In this document: in pieces, positions 39,069 through 48,533 of the stretch
Position numbering within the stretch: position 1 is the stretch's first letter
Layout of the letters: each line of letters begins with the position of its first letter
DNA from: Candidatus Zhuqueibacterota bacterium
Lineage (GTDB): Bacteria > Zhuqueibacterota > Zhuqueibacteria > Thermofontimicrobiales > Thermofontimicrobiaceae
Direction: 5' to 3'
Assembly: GCA_049322915.1 (NCBI GenBank)
Contig: JBMOPW010000026.1
Coordinates: forward strand, 96,001 to 160,000
Length of the DNA stretch: 64,000 bases
Notes under the pieces: model-generated
What the model saw: only the letters and a program-made list of their open reading frames with translations
What the model was told of the DNA's origin: nothing
Databases searched by the model: none
Made by a program: the position numbers and the translations under genes

Positions 39069-39953
39069 TCAGGAATATTTCTGTTCGATGAGGCGCTGGA
39101 CATCGGCGACTGTCCGCAGGATGGGACCTTCGGCTTCCATTTTGAGACTGGTGACGGCAGCAGCCCAGATAGTCGCGGCGTCCGGAGAATCGGTCAATCG
39201 TTTCGCAACATAGGCGGAGACGCAGGTATCGCCGCGGCCGCTGCGGCCGATCAATTTCTCCGGGAAAAACCTGGCCTCGAAATGATGCCCGTCGGTGCGA
39301 ACCAGCACGCCATTCTGATGCGTCAGCACGATTTCCTTTGGCCCGAGCGCAGCTAATTTTTTTGCCGCTTTTTTGATATCCCGTTCTCCTGTGAGCATTT
39401 CTGCCTCGACGGCGTCTGTTTTTAAAATATCAATCAGGGGCAAATACGTGACTTTTTCTTCCCAGGAATCGTAGTACAACCGCGTATCTGCGCCGATCAT
39501 CCGAACGAATCCCTGCACATCGGCGACGATGAGCGCCTGCTTCTGTTTCAGCGTTTGGACCACGTCGAAACCTACCTCGCCGCGGGTGGAGGCATTGATG
39601 AGAAAAGCGCGGGCGTGGATATGATTCACTTCTTCGGGCGTGAACTGGCCGGCAGTCTGGGTGACAAATATTTTTCGTTCATCCACATTATCGGTGGGAT
39701 ATTCCAGTCTCAGGAACGTCGATTGCGGCGTGACAGTGACGAACACCGTCACTCCCAATTTTTCCAGCCTGTCCACCACGTGCGAATCCTGGCACGCCAG
39801 TCGGGTGATAGCCGCGACATTCAGGCCCATCATCGCTGCGACATGAGCCCCGTAATTGAAACCACCACCATCGACAATGCGCGTTCCGGTTGAAGAAATG
39901 ATGGTGTCTTTGGTGTAGTTGCCCATGATGGCAATATCGAAAATTTTATCCAT
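39069..39953 (-). CDS. Ribokinase/PfkB-family kinase, probable PPi-dependent myo-inositol kinase (TM0415-like)
   Basis: GGG substrate loop, DVQGFVR, K178 in LKTDAVEAE, F229, RSGRGD (237-242) replacing DxxGAGD, M272 in SLKMEAEGP. Confidence 0.8.
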   Translation of the reverse strand: MDKIFDIAIMGNYTKDTIISSTGTRIVDGGGFNYGAHVAAMMGLNVAAITRLACQDSHVVDRLEKLGVTVFVTVTPQSTFLRLEYPTDNVDERKIFVTQTAGQFTPEEVNHIHARAFLINASTRGEVGFDVVQTLKQKQALIVADVQGFVRMIGADTRLYYDSWEEKVTYLPLIDILKTDAVEAEMLTGERDIKKAAKKLAALGPKEIVLTHQNGVLVRTDGHHFEARFFPEKLIGRSGRGDTCVSAYVAKRLTDSPDAATIWAAAVTSLKMEAEGPILRTVADVQRLIEQKYS

Positions 39954-40172
39954 AGTCTTTACCGATCCTTTTTATGTCAAATATCAAACTGCGACCTGGC
40001 CATGTATCAGCGGGAGCGATGGCGACCCTGCGCTGAGCTGTTCGCGACAACGCTCCCGAATTCTATTTGGCCAGGGGAGTAACAATTCCCGGCTTCCAAT
40101 CCGGCGATTCTCCGATGATTGAAACATTGTTCCGGAGTTCCCATGAGCCCAGGCCTGTGCCGATGAACTCAG

Positions 40173-41513
40173 TTAATCCCGCGGCTGTACTTTCCACAGG
40201 GAGGCGGCTAAAATCAGCGAGATGACCGATGCGCCGATCCAGAACAGGATGACCTGGCTGAAATCGTAGTGCCGAACGTTTTCAACCAATGTGGTGCCTT
40301 GTTCGATCAATGAGCCGCTTATTCGCTCCTGCACAGCAGCGCCGAGGTAGCTGAACACGCCGATGAAGCCCATGGTTGCGCCGGAGGCTCGTTTGGGCGC
40401 AATATCAATGGCGAAGAGTCCGCCGATGGCAGCCAAAATTCCGCTCAGCGTGAAACCGTACACTACAAAGGCGATGGTGAGCATCAGCGGATGTCCCGGC
40501 GGATAGAAGAAAATGAACAGCAGCGAGATGATTTCGACTATGCCGAAGATGAAAGTGACCGGCGGCCGTTTTGCCCTGAAAAGGTTGTCGGAGATAAATC
40601 CATAGGCCACACAGCCCAACAGACCGGCGATGGTATTGAGGCCGATGATCGCGCCGGCTTCTATCTGGGAATAGCCTTTGGCTTCCTGCAGATAGAGCAT
40701 GCCCCAGCTATTGATCGCGTAACGGGTCATGTACATGGTTGCGCTGGAAATACCGAGAATCCAGATAGCGGGCATTTTCAAAATGGAGAACTGCATCGCT
40801 CCGGTCTTTCCCTTCGAAGCGGTTGAAATGCCGTGGTCGTTTTTCCAGTCGGCGATGGAGGGCAGCCCTAATGTCTGCGGTCGATCTTGTAATAGAAAAT
40901 AGACGCCGACAGCGACGAAAAGACAGAGCGCGCCCGGTCCCCAGAATCCATAGCGCCAGCCGAACCATTGCACCAGCGCCGCCGAGGCGAAAAATGTGAG
41001 ACCCTCGCCCATGGAATGGGCGGTGCTCCAGATACCATAATAGCGGCCCCGCTCGCGATTGCTGAACCAGGTGGCAAGCGCTACGGCGCCGGTAGGCGCG
41101 CCGAATCCCTGAAACCAGCCATTCAATCCCCACAGGATAATCCACAGGAGCAGGACAGGGGACCAGCCCATGGCGATATTGATGAGCGCGGTCACCACAA
41201 TGCCCGTGGTGAAGAATCGTTTCAGGTTCGCGTAGTCGGCTAAGAAGCCGTTGGTCAATTTTCCAAAAGCATAGCCGTAGAATATGGCCGAGCCAATCAA
41301 GCCCAATTGATCGGCTGTGAAAATACCGCTGTCAATCAGTGGTTTTTTAACAACCGAAAGCCCCAAACGACAGGTGTACACGAATCCATAGCCGAGAGTC
41401 ACGGCTAGCATCACCATGAGGCGGTATTTCTTGTAGAGCGAATCGACTTTTTGCCGATCCGGCAGTAGAGGAATATCCTGTCCGGTTGCCCAGAAGCGAA
41501 CGAATTTCATCAT
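40173..41513 (-). CDS. MFS transporter, organophosphate:Pi antiporter (GlpT/UhpT/PgtP) family
   Basis: About 12 TMs; YTCR, YAFGK, NGWFQG.G, WFSNRERG.YYGIWSTAHSMG; coupled to the upstream gene. Confidence 0.9.
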   Translation of the reverse strand: MMKFVRFWATGQDIPLLPDRQKVDSLYKKYRLMVMLAVTLGYGFVYTCRLGLSVVKKPLIDSGIFTADQLGLIGSAIFYGYAFGKLTNGFLADYANLKRFFTTGIVVTALINIAMGWSPVLLLWIILWGLNGWFQGFGAPTGAVALATWFSNRERGRYYGIWSTAHSMGEGLTFFASAALVQWFGWRYGFWGPGALCLFVAVGVYFLLQDRPQTLGLPSIADWKNDHGISTASKGKTGAMQFSILKMPAIWILGISSATMYMTRYAINSWGMLYLQEAKGYSQIEAGAIIGLNTIAGLLGCVAYGFISDNLFRAKRPPVTFIFGIVEIISLLFIFFYPPGHPLMLTIAFVVYGFTLSGILAAIGGLFAIDIAPKRASGATMGFIGVFSYLGAAVQERISGSLIEQGTTLVENVRHYDFSQVILFWIGASVISLILAASLWKVQPRD

Positions 41514-42535
41514 AAGGATTCCCTGATTTCGGTGATGGGGACGATTCGATTTTCGTGGTGAGAGATGGTGGCAGCCTGGCTGATGATCAGCGCTGCTTCG
41601 CCGTCGGCGATGGTGACAGGCGGTTCTTTGCCGGACAGCACATTGTTGACAAAATTATCGATTTGATCGAGGTAGGCTTTTTCGAATCGTTCCATAAAAT
41701 AGGGGACGACATCGTGGGCCACGCTGTTTTGCGTCAAAATGGTGATGGGATTTTCTCTGAGATAGCCGACTTTGATAGTGCCTTTGGTGCCCAGAATTTC
41801 CGCCCGAATGTCGTAGCCGTATACGCCGTTGCGGCTGACATCCACAACGCCCAGTGCGCCGCTTTCAAAATACATGGTGATGATGGCGTTATCGATGTCG
41901 TTGATGGACTTGAGTTCCGGGTAGGCGAGGGCGCAGCCGACGCTGTAGACGCTTTTCACTTCGCCCATGAACATGCGACTTACGTCAAAGTCGTGAATGG
42001 CCATATCGATGATCAGCCCGCCGCTTTTTTTAGGGTCGGCGTATTCCAATGGCGGTCGGAAGGGATCGCGCGACGAAGCTTTCAGAACAATGGGGTCGCC
42101 AATCACTCCTTCAGCGATTTTCTTCCGGGCGGCGACGTAGCCTTTATCGAATCGTCGCTGAAAGCCCATCTGAAAGAAGACGCCTGTTTTTTCGATGGTC
42201 TCCCGAATCTTCCGGGTCTCAGAGAGCGAGATGGACAGCGGCTTCTCACAGAAAGTCGCTTTGTCATGGTGCGCAGCTTCAATGACAATCTCTTTGTGGG
42301 TGCTGGTTGGCGTGACGATCACGACCGCTTTCACATCCGGATCGGCGATGAGTTCCTGATGGCTGGAATACCATCGGGGCACGTCATGGTCGTGCGCGAA
42401 GGTTTTCGCCCGATCTTCCTGAATATCCGCCACAGCAAGAAGGTTGGCATTCGGAATGCGGTGCGCGACATCCGCCGCATTGATGCTTCCCAATCGTCCC
42501 AGTCCGATAACTCCAACGTCCAATTTTGGTTTCAT
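41510..42535 (-). CDS. iolG: Inositol 2-dehydrogenase-like Gfo/Idh/MocA oxidoreductase
   Basis: GLGRLG Rossmann fold, CEKP, GFQRRFD, SRDP, SGGLIIDMAIHDFD, YGYDIRAE; AAAGGA RBS before ATG 42535; myo versus scyllo specificity not resolvable. Confidence 0.8.
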   Translation of the reverse strand: MKPKLDVGVIGLGRLGSINAADVAHRIPNANLLAVADIQEDRAKTFAHDHDVPRWYSSHQELIADPDVKAVVIVTPTSTHKEIVIEAAHHDKATFCEKPLSISLSETRKIRETIEKTGVFFQMGFQRRFDKGYVAARKKIAEGVIGDPIVLKASSRDPFRPPLEYADPKKSGGLIIDMAIHDFDVSRMFMGEVKSVYSVGCALAYPELKSINDIDNAIITMYFESGALGVVDVSRNGVYGYDIRAEILGTKGTIKVGYLRENPITILTQNSVAHDVVPYFMERFEKAYLDQIDNFVNNVLSGKEPPVTIADGEAALIISQAATISHHENRIVPITEIRESL

Positions 42536-42741
42536 GCAATGTCCTTTCGATTTCGTTGTTCGGATCAATCAATCGTATGATTTGGCAATTCAAAAGAAAA
42601 GGTGGGATGAAATATGTGTTGCATTCAAACGGGCGATTTTTTATATTTCAATTATAACAATTTTTTTAACAATTGAAAGAAAAAAATCAAGGTGGTGAAA
42701 ATTAATTTTCACTTCACTACCGGACACTTTTTGAATTTTAG

Positions 42742-42902
42742 CCTGCATTATTCATAGTATTTTTAAAGGAGGCTGGCTAACTTGAATGGTGCTCTTTTTA
42801 GAATAACCGTATAAAAACTGAGTTTCAAAATAGCTTAGCCTTTAGCTAATTGAAAATCTGAATGTCGACTCAAATTCTGAGCAAGTTCATGAATAATTCA
42901 GG
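42742..42902 (-). mobile_element. 161-bp MITE, copy C
   Basis: Reverse complement of copy A, flanked by TTAG on both sides. Confidence 0.9.
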
Positions 42903-42999
42903 TTAGCTATTTACCCTGAAAATTTACATCATTAGACAACAACTCATCCTAATTTATTTGGCTCATCGTGGGAGTACGGAGTTCATAATACACTCTGTT

Positions 43000-43040
43000 A
43001 TCTGTGTTAATCCGTTAAATCCGCGTCACCCGTGTTCTAT
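43000..43040. repeat. Solitary ~9-nt-periodic ATCCG arm
   Basis: ATCTGTGTTAATCCGTTAAATCCGCGTCACCCGTGTTCTAT resembles the right arms of the 57848-58231 units. Confidence 0.6.
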
Positions 43041-43139
43041 TTCTTTTCATATTTGAATAAGTTTCTGGCAGCAAATTTTTCACAAAAGAGTCGGCAAGAT
43101 TGTCATGGCAAAACTACACAACTATATCATGGATGGAAG

Positions 43140-43481
43140 ATGAAACAGATTACGCTGCAACAATGCCAACAGGTGGTGGATGAGTGGATCAAAACTGTGG
43201 GCGTGCGCTATTTTTCTGAATTGACCAATCTGGCCCAGTTAATGGAAGAAGTCGGGGAGGTTGCGCGATTGATGTCTCGCACCTATGGTGACCAGAGTTT
43301 CAAAAAGTCGGACGCGGATAAGAGATTGTCCGATGAACTGAGCGATGTGTTTTTTGTGCTGGTGTGCATCGCCAATCAAACCGGCGTCGATTTGACGGAG
43401 GCGTTTTTTGCCGGCATGGCTAAGCGCACCGAGCGGGACAGGGACCGGCATCAGCAGAATGAGAAGCTCCGTGAGCGTTGA
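43140..43481 (+). CDS. MazG-like nucleotide pyrophosphohydrolase (YpjD family)
   Basis: YFSELTNLAQLMEEVGEVAR, DELSDV, ANQTGVDL. Confidence 0.92.
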   Translation: MKQITLQQCQQVVDEWIKTVGVRYFSELTNLAQLMEEVGEVARLMSRTYGDQSFKKSDADKRLSDELSDVFFVLVCIANQTGVDLTEAFFAGMAKRTERDRDRHQQNEKLRER

Positions 43482-43689
43482 CGTGTGATTGGTGAAATGA
43501 CATGAAGCCCGGTTGGCGGGCAGCGAACAATCAGGGATTGTACCTGAACAGACGCTTGTACCGCGCCTCTGTGGTAGAATCGCTGCGATTGACCGCTCTG
43601 ACATCGCTCACTATTGGAATTTAAAACTCAGTTTGAAATAGCTATTTAATCCACCCAAATCAGGCACAAATCAAACAAGGAGTTCTTTC

Positions 43690-44844
43690 ATGAAGAAAAT
43701 TTATCTCTTCGCTGCAATGATTCTACTGATATTCTCCTCCTCATGCGGTAAAAAAGTGGGAACCGCAACCGTCGAGGTGGTCGACGGCGTGAAGTTCGTC
43801 CACTGCACCGATCAGCCGCTGCACCCGAAACGGACGGTTGAATTCATTGAAGAATTGACCATCTCCGGCGAGGACGACGCCGGCAACGTGATTTTGTATC
43901 AACCGGGCGCCTACACAATCGACAGCGACGAAAATATCTACATCAGCGATCGGTCTGAAAATGTCATTAAAGTGTTCGATCGCGACGGACAGCTTCTGAA
44001 AACCATCGGCGGCAAAGGCAGCGGCCCGGGCGAGTTTCAATCCATCGGACGCATGATGTTTCTTCCGGACAAACGGCTGATTGTGATGGATTTTCAGTTA
44101 CGACGCACAAGCTTTTTCGATACATCCTGGAATTTTTCTACCAGCGTTCAATGGCGCAATGCTCACTTTGATGCCTATTTCGTCACCGACTCCACGTATA
44201 CAATTGACGAAAATATCTTCGGCGAGGAACGCGAGCTCTTCGTGAAAACGTATGACTTCGCCCACAATGAGCGTCTCTCGTACGGTAAGTTCACTCCCTA
44301 CGGCATGAAAATGCACCGGCAGGGAGATATGGCTTTCGCTATTACAGATCCTTTCAAGCCACGCTCTGTCCTGACTGGCGATTTGACCAATCACTTGTTA
44401 TACCACTGTCTGAACGACAAATATTTGATTGAAGTCTATGGAGCGGATGGAAAGGTATGCTGCAAAATAGACCGTCCCTATCAACCGATGCCGTTCACCG
44501 AAACGGACAAAGAGGAGTACATTTCTCAATTCGCTGATAATGATAATCCGGTTTTTCAGGAAATGGCAAAGGGGATGGAGTTTCCGGCATTGAAAACTGT
44601 GGTGGAACGAATGTTTGTGGACGATGAGGGGCGGCTCTGGGTCGTCACGAACGAAGAAAAAGAACAAGACGGCGCCACGTTCACCGCTTATGATATTTTT
44701 AATAAAGATGGTTTCTACGATGCAAGAGTCTGGCTGGATGTTACGCCCGGCGGTTTTGTCAATGGAAAAATGTACAGCATTCACACGGACAAGGACACGG
44801 ATTTGCGCTCGTTGAAACGCTACAATGTGGTGTGGAAAGGATAG
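43690..44844 (+). CDS. 6-bladed beta-propeller lipoprotein
   Basis: Signal peptide ending SSC, IYISD..., IKVFD.DG, IGGKGSGPGEF, FVDDEGRLWV. Confidence 0.85.
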   Translation: MKKIYLFAAMILLIFSSSCGKKVGTATVEVVDGVKFVHCTDQPLHPKRTVEFIEELTISGEDDAGNVILYQPGAYTIDSDENIYISDRSENVIKVFDRDGQLLKTIGGKGSGPGEFQSIGRMMFLPDKRLIVMDFQLRRTSFFDTSWNFSTSVQWRNAHFDAYFVTDSTYTIDENIFGEERELFVKTYDFAHNERLSYGKFTPYGMKMHRQGDMAFAITDPFKPRSVLTGDLTNHLLYHCLNDKYLIEVYGADGKVCCKIDRPYQPMPFTETDKEEYISQFADNDNPVFQEMAKGMEFPALKTVVERMFVDDEGRLWVVTNEEKEQDGATFTAYDIFNKDGFYDARVWLDVTPGGFVNGKMYSIHTDKDTDLRSLKRYNVVWKG

Positions 44845-44848
44845 TTAC

Positions 44849-44940
44849 GTGAGACGTGAGACGCGAGATGTGAGACGCGAGATGTGAGACGCAAGACGCG
44901 AGATGTAAAACCATTCTGTACGTCTCGCGTCTGGCATCTC
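44849..44940. repeat. Heptamer tandem repeat G(T/C)GAGA(C/T) x8 with short inverted partner
   Basis: Eight units at 44849-44904; ACGTCTCGCGTCTGGCATCTC at 44920-44940; lies between convergent genes. Confidence 0.85.
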
Positions 44941-44951
44941 CTGTTTTACGG

Positions 44952-47453
44952 TTACCGAATTAAAAGCATTTTCTTCGTCGTTGAAAAATGGTCTGCGTCC
45001 AGCCGATAGAAATAGATTCCGCTTGGTACGCTGTTTCCGCCATTATCCCGGCCGTTCCAGTTCGTACGATAGCATCCGGCGCGGTGCGGTTCGCGCACCA
45101 GCGAGCGCACTTCGCGTCCCATCAGGTCGTAAATTTGAATCGTGACCATGGGACTGCCGCCGCTGGGGATGTCGTAGGCGATGGTCGTTTCCGGATTGAA
45201 CGGATTGGGGTAATTGGGATACAGTCGGAATTGGGCTGGCTGAGCGTCGGTCAGACCGGGTCCGGGAATCGACATCGGCGACGGGACAAATAATTGCTCG
45301 ATGGAGTCCAGATAGAGTTGACCGGCGCAAGGGCCATTGGATTTCACTGCGAATCCGATGAAATAGACATCGCTGCTGTCCAGTGCGCCATTGCCGGGAG
45401 TCGAGCTTCCCCACGGCTGAAAATCCTCGCTCGCCAGATCGATTCGAACGTTTTTCCAACCCACCCAGTCGATGACACAGGACGAGGAGGCTTCCAATCC
45501 GTCGGCGTCCTCAAAAACAAATTGTAGCTGAGCGCCGCTGGCATCGCCCAGCACATTCGCCGAGACATAGCTGCCCGGTTTCACCCAGACGTATTCGGAT
45601 GCATGATCCACCCGCGCCAGCAGCGACTCCGCTGCGGACGTAAATTGATAGCTCAGTTCAGCGGCGTTCTTGCCGTGCGAGCGTATCACGGACGACAGTT
45701 GCAGTGCGGCCATCCCGGCATTGGATTCGACGCGCCAGTTCAATGGGGTAAGTCCGCTGTCCGCAATGGTTTCGAAATTCTCAATGGGGAAAATGGTCAA
45801 ATCCTGTGTCTGCGCGCGAAACGCCCATTGAAAGTGGTCGTCCATCATATTGCCCTGATAATCCTTGAGAGAATTCACCAGCGTCAGCATGTAGCCCATA
45901 TTGGCATCCAGGGGCACGACCGGGATGATTGAGATTAATCCCAGACCGTTCAATTCATCGTATCGAACAGTGACCGAAGTGCGGCGACTGAGGTCGCTCA
46001 TCAACAGAAATTTGGAACTGGAAATGGTGGCCGGATCGAGACGTTTGTTGAAGCCAATTTGCAGGATGTCATTGACGAAAATCCCGGTGTCATTTTTCAT
46101 CGGGTAAAAATCGATGACCATGGGTCGCGATGTATCCATGGGTTCGGTGCGGAATGAAAAGGAAAATGCACCGCCTTGAACGCCGTCGTTGTCGCCGTCC
46201 AGTTGGAAACCGTACGCATCCATGGCAGCGGAGGAGATTTCCACCTGATAATCCTGATCGAATTCATACCGGGTGCCCGGAGAGAAGCGAGCGCGTCGGC
46301 CGGAATTTTCCCATTTCAAAGTGCCGGCCACGAACGGAGCGATCTGAAATGCCGCTGCCACAGAGTTCGTTGACATTGTCCGCGAAAAATTGATTTCGAT
46401 ATCCTGAAACACAGAGAAATTAGTATCCCCCGGGGCCGGTGAAAAGGAGACGACGACCGGCGGGATGTTGTAAACCAATTCGAATGGACTGTTCCGCGTG
46501 GATGTGGCGGATTTGACATAGATATCCAGCGTATCGGTGACCAGATCGTTTCGCTGGAAAATCAACTGAGCGTTGCCCGGCGGAAAGCTATTGAAGAAAT
46601 ACATGCCATTCCGGATATCTTCCGGCGCGACGTACGGGAATCCCGGCCAGGCATTGTCCTGCGCCGTGACGCCGATGTTCCGGGAATCCGTGACGTAAAC
46701 CATGGTATCCACGCCGTTTGTCAGCGTCACGGTGACGCCGTTCTGTTTCGCGCCGTCCGTATCGACCAAAACGCCTTCGACAAAACTATCCTCCCGTCGC
46801 GGGACGGTGTAATATTCGAGATAGGAATGAAGCAGGGCATAGCCTTCCAACTTCAGGTAGCCCAATGCATTCAGCCGATAGATTTCCGGGTAATAGTCCC
46901 AGAATGACGCTTCGCTGAGCACGCCCGGCATGAGCAGATATTTCAACACGCCCAGATTGAACGGTTCTGTCCACGAGCCGTAGAACGACCAATCCCCGCG
47001 CACCGATTTGCCGGTTGTGTACAGATAGCGCTGAAGATAGTCGGCCATGTACTGGCACATGACATCGGACTCGCCGGCCCAGCGAACACTGCCGTCCGGC
47101 ATTTCCTGGTACAACATCAGCGTTGTGTTCACGCCGTTGTTCACGGTGCCGGTGGCGTTGTGATGCACCGAAAGGAAAAAATCGACGTTATTGTTATTAG
47201 CGATTTGATCGCGGTCGTACAGCGAAATGGCGGTGGCTGAATCCTGGCGCGTTGTGATCACCCATGCGCCGTATTCTTCCAGATAAGCTTTCAGATAATT
47301 GACTACATGCAGGTTGATGCGCGTTTCAAATGGCTTGTCATTGGGATAATTGCCGTGGCCCGGATCGATACAAAATTTCAAACCGGACAGGTCGGGCTGA
47401 GCGCTGGTAACCGAAACGAACGCCAATAAAATGATCAGTATCTTTTTTGTCAT
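44952..47453 (-). CDS. Multidomain N-acetylmuramoyl-L-alanine amidase (Amidase_3, two Ig-like domains, CBM-like domain, C-terminal FlgD-Ig/T9SS-type domain)
   Basis: CIDPGHG, E, LSVHHNA, LSEASF zinc ligands; PP.VV...P / I.I.FS Ig repeats; NYPNPFNPETTIAY...WNGRD..G..VPSGIYFY...KKMLLIR; ATG 47453 overlaps upstream stop. Confidence 0.85.
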   Translation of the reverse strand: MTKKILIILLAFVSVTSAQPDLSGLKFCIDPGHGNYPNDKPFETRINLHVVNYLKAYLEEYGAWVITTRQDSATAISLYDRDQIANNNNVDFFLSVHHNATGTVNNGVNTTLMLYQEMPDGSVRWAGESDVMCQYMADYLQRYLYTTGKSVRGDWSFYGSWTEPFNLGVLKYLLMPGVLSEASFWDYYPEIYRLNALGYLKLEGYALLHSYLEYYTVPRREDSFVEGVLVDTDGAKQNGVTVTLTNGVDTMVYVTDSRNIGVTAQDNAWPGFPYVAPEDIRNGMYFFNSFPPGNAQLIFQRNDLVTDTLDIYVKSATSTRNSPFELVYNIPPVVVSFSPAPGDTNFSVFQDIEINFSRTMSTNSVAAAFQIAPFVAGTLKWENSGRRARFSPGTRYEFDQDYQVEISSAAMDAYGFQLDGDNDGVQGGAFSFSFRTEPMDTSRPMVIDFYPMKNDTGIFVNDILQIGFNKRLDPATISSSKFLLMSDLSRRTSVTVRYDELNGLGLISIIPVVPLDANMGYMLTLVNSLKDYQGNMMDDHFQWAFRAQTQDLTIFPIENFETIADSGLTPLNWRVESNAGMAALQLSSVIRSHGKNAAELSYQFTSAAESLLARVDHASEYVWVKPGSYVSANVLGDASGAQLQFVFEDADGLEASSSCVIDWVGWKNVRIDLASEDFQPWGSSTPGNGALDSSDVYFIGFAVKSNGPCAGQLYLDSIEQLFVPSPMSIPGPGLTDAQPAQFRLYPNYPNPFNPETTIAYDIPSGGSPMVTIQIYDLMGREVRSLVREPHRAGCYRTNWNGRDNGGNSVPSGIYFYRLDADHFSTTKKMLLIR

Positions 47454-48394
47454 TGTTCTCTCCCTACTAAATCGATCAAGATGATCTTGCCATTGCTGTC
47501 GCACGCGATGCGCCGTCCATCCGGAGACCAGTGCGGTCGCATTTCCATCTCGTCTTTTGTGAAGGTGATCTGCTGTTTTTCCGCGCCATTGGCAGTGACG
47601 ATCCACAGATCCGACGAGGTATACTCGAAGGCATCCTCCCGCGTTTCGGAGTAGGCGACAAACTCACCGCTTGGATTCCAAACCGGCATTTCTCCTTCAG
47701 CGATGCGCTGGATATTTTTGCCATCTTTATTCATGACGCATATCGCGCGCCCCTGCTGCTTGAACAGAATACGGCTATTGTCCGGGGAATAGGAGACATT
47801 GAAAACACGGCCTTCGAGCGGCTTGATCTGGCTGAGCGTTTTATCCATCTCTTTCGTTAAAACACCTTTCGCTGAAAAAAGACAGATACTCCGCGGGCGC
47901 GACGTGGAATCCGGTTTGGAAAGAGAGATCGTCGGGAGAGCGGCAACCTGTAATGCATCGTGATGAAGAAAGGCGACTTCGACAGCATTCACCCATCGGG
48001 GCGTGCTGAAGTCGCGGTCAAAATCAGCCAATTGCTGAGTCTGTCCGGTGACGATATCCACGACCAGAATGGTGGTCAATTTGCGGCGACCGTCCATTTT
48101 ATTGGCGCGGAAAGCGATGCGGCGGCTATCCGGCGACCAGTCGAATTCCCAGCCGGCGCCATTCTGCTCAACCAGCTTGATCCACGAGTTCGCCTGCACA
48201 TTGTAAAGCCAGATAGATCCGAAATTGTCACCGGCAGCGGCAATGTATTTGCCGTCCGGAGACCACTTCGGAGCGGAGAGAAATTGCCCCGCTTCCGAAA
48301 TCGTCGCTGTTCCGCGCGCTTTGAACGGGATATCCGAAAAAGCAGGGTGCGCGAACAGCAACAGGATGAAAAACAGGATTGATTTTTTCAACAT
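47450..48394 (-). CDS. TolB-like PD40 beta-propeller secreted protein
   Basis: Repeated P.WSPDG motifs, signal peptide, GGAGG RBS before ATG 48394. Confidence 0.85.
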   Translation of the reverse strand: MLKKSILFFILLLFAHPAFSDIPFKARGTATISEAGQFLSAPKWSPDGKYIAAAGDNFGSIWLYNVQANSWIKLVEQNGAGWEFDWSPDSRRIAFRANKMDGRRKLTTILVVDIVTGQTQQLADFDRDFSTPRWVNAVEVAFLHHDALQVAALPTISLSKPDSTSRPRSICLFSAKGVLTKEMDKTLSQIKPLEGRVFNVSYSPDNSRILFKQQGRAICVMNKDGKNIQRIAEGEMPVWNPSGEFVAYSETREDAFEYTSSDLWIVTANGAEKQQITFTKDEMEMRPHWSPDGRRIACDSNGKIILIDLVGREQ

Positions 48395-48533
48395 GAAATT
48401 CCTCCTCTGAGTCAATATATTGTACCTAAAAATCAGAAATGAAAAGAGTGTAATGAGCAACAAGAAATTCTTACTATGGAGTGCGTCGTTTGCCTGTGGG
48501 CGACATGGACATTGAATTCGAACATCCATCGGC

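Noticed and set aside
41555..42580. 341-aa plus-strand ORF (likewise 14376-15299, 22160-23035, 32493-33410, 61049-61939)
   Set aside because: Overlap well-supported genes on the opposite strand; typical shadow ORFs.
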